A DNA stretch of 64,000 bases, from contig NC_086108.1 in assembly GCF_963921235.1 (NCBI RefSeq), positions 62,436,001 through 62,500,000 on the forward strand, read 5' to 3'. Position 1 is the stretch's first letter; each line of letters opens with the position of its first letter. The translations under genes were made by a program, and so were the position numbers. This stretch comes from Mobula hypostoma (Eukaryota). The notes beneath the pieces were generated by a model. That model was not told where the DNA came from. It saw only the letters and a program-made list of their open reading frames with translations, and ran no database searches. This document shows positions 61,108-64,000 of the stretch, in pieces.

Positions 61108-61218
61108 TCAGTTCTGCCTATCAAGCCTTTCCTATTCCTCAGTTCTGCTGATAAAGCCTTTCCTGTTCCTCAGTTCAGCCAATAAAGCTTCTCTTATTCC
61201 TCAATTCTGCCAATAAAG
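61108..61218. repeat. 31-bp minisatellite, ~3.6 copies, inside the CR1 endonuclease region
   Basis: tcagttctgcc(a/t)at(a/c)aagcctttcctattcc units starting at 61108, 61139, 61170 and 61201. Confidence 0.85.
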
Positions 61219-62609
61219 TTCTCCAGTCTGTCCTGACTGTACACTGTCATGACATTTTCCCTGACAACTAAATGCCACCCCTCCCCCTTGTAATTCCTCC
61301 TGCTCTATCACATCAACAACAATGAACCCTGGAACACTGAGCTGCCCCTCCTGCCCCTCCTGCAACTAAGACTCACAAACGACAACAATGTCGTAATTCC
61401 ACATCTGATCCATGCCCTTTCACCTGCCTTTCCTACAATACTCCTTGCATTGAAATATTTGCAGCTCAGAACATTAATCCCACCATGCTCAACATTTTGA
61501 TTCCTGAACTTGTATGTAACCTTAGCATCTTTCTCCACAACCCCTCTACTATCTGTTCCAGCACTCTGATTCCCATCCCCCTGCAACTCTAGTTTGAACC
61601 TACCCCCTCCCCCTGCCTGTAACCTTCTCACTAGGATACTGATTCCCCTCCAGTTCAGGTGCAAACCATCCCTTCTGTACAGATTGCACTGTCCTGGGAA
61701 GAAAGCACAATGATCCAAAAATCCACTGCCCTCCCTCCTGCACCAGCTCCTTAGCCACACGTTAAACTGTGTGATCTCCCTATTGCTCACGTCACTGGCA
61801 TGTGGCATGAGTAGCAATCCTGAGATCCTCACCCTCCAATTTAAGAATGCTGTGGACTTGCTTTGAAATGTGCCTGACCCTGGTATCTGGTCAGCAAGAA
61901 ACCCTTTGGGAATCTACAGAGCTCTCCTGTCTCTTCCCCTAACAAACAAACTCCCTGTCACTGTAGGTTGCCTCTTCTCCCTCCTTTCCTTCTGAGCTAC
62001 AGAGTCAGACTTAGTACCACTGTGGCCTTCCTCTGCCAGGTCATTCCCCCCCCCCCACAACAATATCAAAGCAGTACACCTGTTGTTGAGGGAAACAGCC
62101 ACAGGAGTACTCTGCACCAGCTGCCTATCTCCTTGCCACTCTTGACGGTCACCCAGTAACCTATGTCCTGCACCTTGGGTATAACTACCTCCCTGTATGT
62201 CCTCTCTATCACCCCTTTGACCTCCTGAATGATCTGGAGTTCATCCACTTCCAGCTCCATCTTCTTAATGCAGATCGATAGAAACTGCAGCTGGATGCAC
62301 TTCGTGCAAGGGTAGTCATTAGGGACATTGGAGGACTCCCTGCCTTTCCACATCTCGTAAATGGAGCAAGAGGCTGGCCACTCTGCTTAATCCTAATTTA
62401 TTTTTATCTGTCCTTGCCAAGTGCCGAATTATGTGCAAGCCAATGCCTCCATGGGAACTGTGGCATGCAAAATGTGCGGACTGCTCCAGCTCACTTCTTT
62501 TAAACTCTCTCTCTAAGCAGTCCAATGACTCCTCAGGACTGCGGCACACAAAATGCACTGACAGCTCCCACTTGCTTCTTTTAAACTCTCTCCCTCCCTC
62601 TACACAATC

Positions 62610-62840
62610 TGATGAGGCCCCAAGCCAGAAGATAGAACAAGGCTGGAACATGAAATAAACATCTATTTAATAAAGCCACTCAACTGCAAAAATCTCAAGA
62701 CCCATCAGTTCATCCCAAAGCACGACTACTTAAATAGTTTACTCAAGATCGTTCGAGACATTGATAGGATCAGTGACCAGTCCACTGGGATTGGTTGCCA
62801 GCTGACCAACAGGCAATCATTGTTTTGGTTTGCCATAAAT
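62610..62840 (-). repeat. LTR homologous to 51385-51613 (candidate 5' LTR or solo LTR)
   Basis: Shared blocks tgatgag, ctggaacatgaaataaac, aaaaatctcaa, catcccaaa, tgatagga, ttgttt.gg...ccataa; nearly the same length. Confidence 0.75.
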
Positions 62841-63769
62841 TGAGCAGGTATCCAAAGAGTTAGTGTGCAGATTTGTGCTCTTTTTGCAAGATGACAGGTC
62901 ACAGAGTTCAGATCTGAGAGCAAGCTATTTATGTATGTTGCATGTCATGTCAACACACCACAATAAATACCGATAGATAGATGGATATATATATATTATA
63001 ATAAAAGCTTGATATTTACTATTTGGAGCAGGATTCTGTGATGATAAGAACAGATAGATGTGAAGGATTACAGTATGTCAGATTCTCTCAGATGATTCTG
63101 GCTGAGTTATACTTCATTAAAAAATTTTGTGATGGAAAGAGCCTTTATTTCTACAGGGCAGACCATGGCTTTGCACGCTTATTATGAAAATTATCTATAC
63201 ATAAGAAATCCAAAAGTTGTTTTGAAAATATTGCCTTCCTCATTCACTTCCTTCTTCTTTTGCTTCTGTAGGTCCTTGTTCTGTGCTTGCACTTCATTGT
63301 GCTTTAGAATTGATCTTCTTCCCTCCAACGTTTGCAGCTGTCTCCGAAAGGCAAGGTTATGGTGCTTGCCTCAGATAATGATAAAGTTAATGACAGCGCA
63401 TCAACCTGGACCTTTCCATCAACAAAGAAGATAAAGCTTTAGATACTCTATGGAAGTTGTCACTGAGATTTATGGCATTCTGTACAAAGACCTTTTGACC
63501 ACGCCCTTGCAACGGACTTCTCTTACCCTCAGGGTCTAAGTCACATTGACTCTCAACTTTCTTAGCATCAGGTTGCTAAAGTGACCACTATCGATGTCTG
63601 CTTCAGCACAGACATCATGGAGATATTGTATTGAAAAGGAATGACTTCAATTAGAATGTCATCCACTGGGATTTGCTGGTGGTGCTTGTTTCCTATGAGA
63701 ACTGGCAGCTACTAGCAGTCCCTGCGTGCCCAGAAGAGCTCCAATTAGTAATCCAATATTTTCATCAAT

Positions 63770-63990
63770 GGTAGCAAGATCAGAAAATCCTGGAAAAAAA
63801 ATCAAAAGGTCAGTCAATGTCTGTAGAAAGAGCAACAGAGTTCATGTTTCAGGTCAGTGAAATATTGTTGGAACAGTGCTGGTTCTAGCATAGTGTCAGT
63901 ACCACTGTTTCTCTCGCCTCAAATTTTACCTGACCAAATGAGAATTCATGGCATTTTCCACTTCTGTTTCATATTTCCAGCATCTGATGT
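63770..63990. mobile_element. Very degenerate fold-back Penelope-like remnant
   Basis: aaaatcctggaaaa...ggtcag...tctgtag and cctgacc...gag...gcatttt...tttccagcatctg arms. Confidence 0.5.
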
Positions 63991-64000
63991 AGCATGTTGA

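Larger units (their letters stand above)
58025..62595 (-). mobile_element. Old long CR1 LINE (5' UTR, ORF1 esterase, APE, RT; 3' end missing) with a nested CR1
   Basis: PNDYPCTKCIQLQ, RDGLHLNWRG, YFNARSIVGK, SQHGFLHGKLCLTNL, GVPQG. Confidence 0.88.

Noticed and set aside
61108..61218. CRISPR-like array (31-bp units)
   Set aside because: Head-to-tail units without unique spacers, inside a eukaryotic LINE.
62609..62650. CTGATGA...GGAAC as a hammerhead at the LTR edge (also at 51384)
   Set aside because: No GAAA box, cleavage triplet or stem I. Better explained as the CATCA terminus of a minus-strand LTR.

Overview
Repeat-dominated, non-coding vertebrate DNA. The repeat set (HER1-like CR1 LINEs, HE1/V-SINE, Deu-domain SINE, Rex1/Babar LINEs, Neptune-type Penelope elements) points to a cartilaginous fish, probably a ray or skate (inference). 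I found no intact host protein-coding gene. Almost all listed ORFs are retroelement fragments or their antisense shadows. Main finding: an internally deleted Ty3/Gypsy element (LTRs 51636-51833 and 53991-54190) whose RT/RNase H/integrase core is replaced by an intronless ~530-bp piece of the host mRNA-decapping scaffold gene EDC4 (53149-53676). Both junctions are in frame with pol. This element sits inside an older, oppositely oriented Gypsy element. Other notable structure: (i) Penelope elements carrying minimal, probably dimer-dependent hammerhead ribozymes, and a size series of fold-back Penelope derivatives with 11-14-bp target-site duplications (TSDs); (ii) a four-level nest (Rex1/Babar > solo LTR > Penelope > rearranged fold-back Penelope) at 44.5-50.7 kb; (iii) a candidate conserved non-coding element with a hairpin and six TGACA motifs at 15.4-15.55 kb. 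Family assignments come from remembered motifs, not database searches. Boundaries of old copies are approximate.
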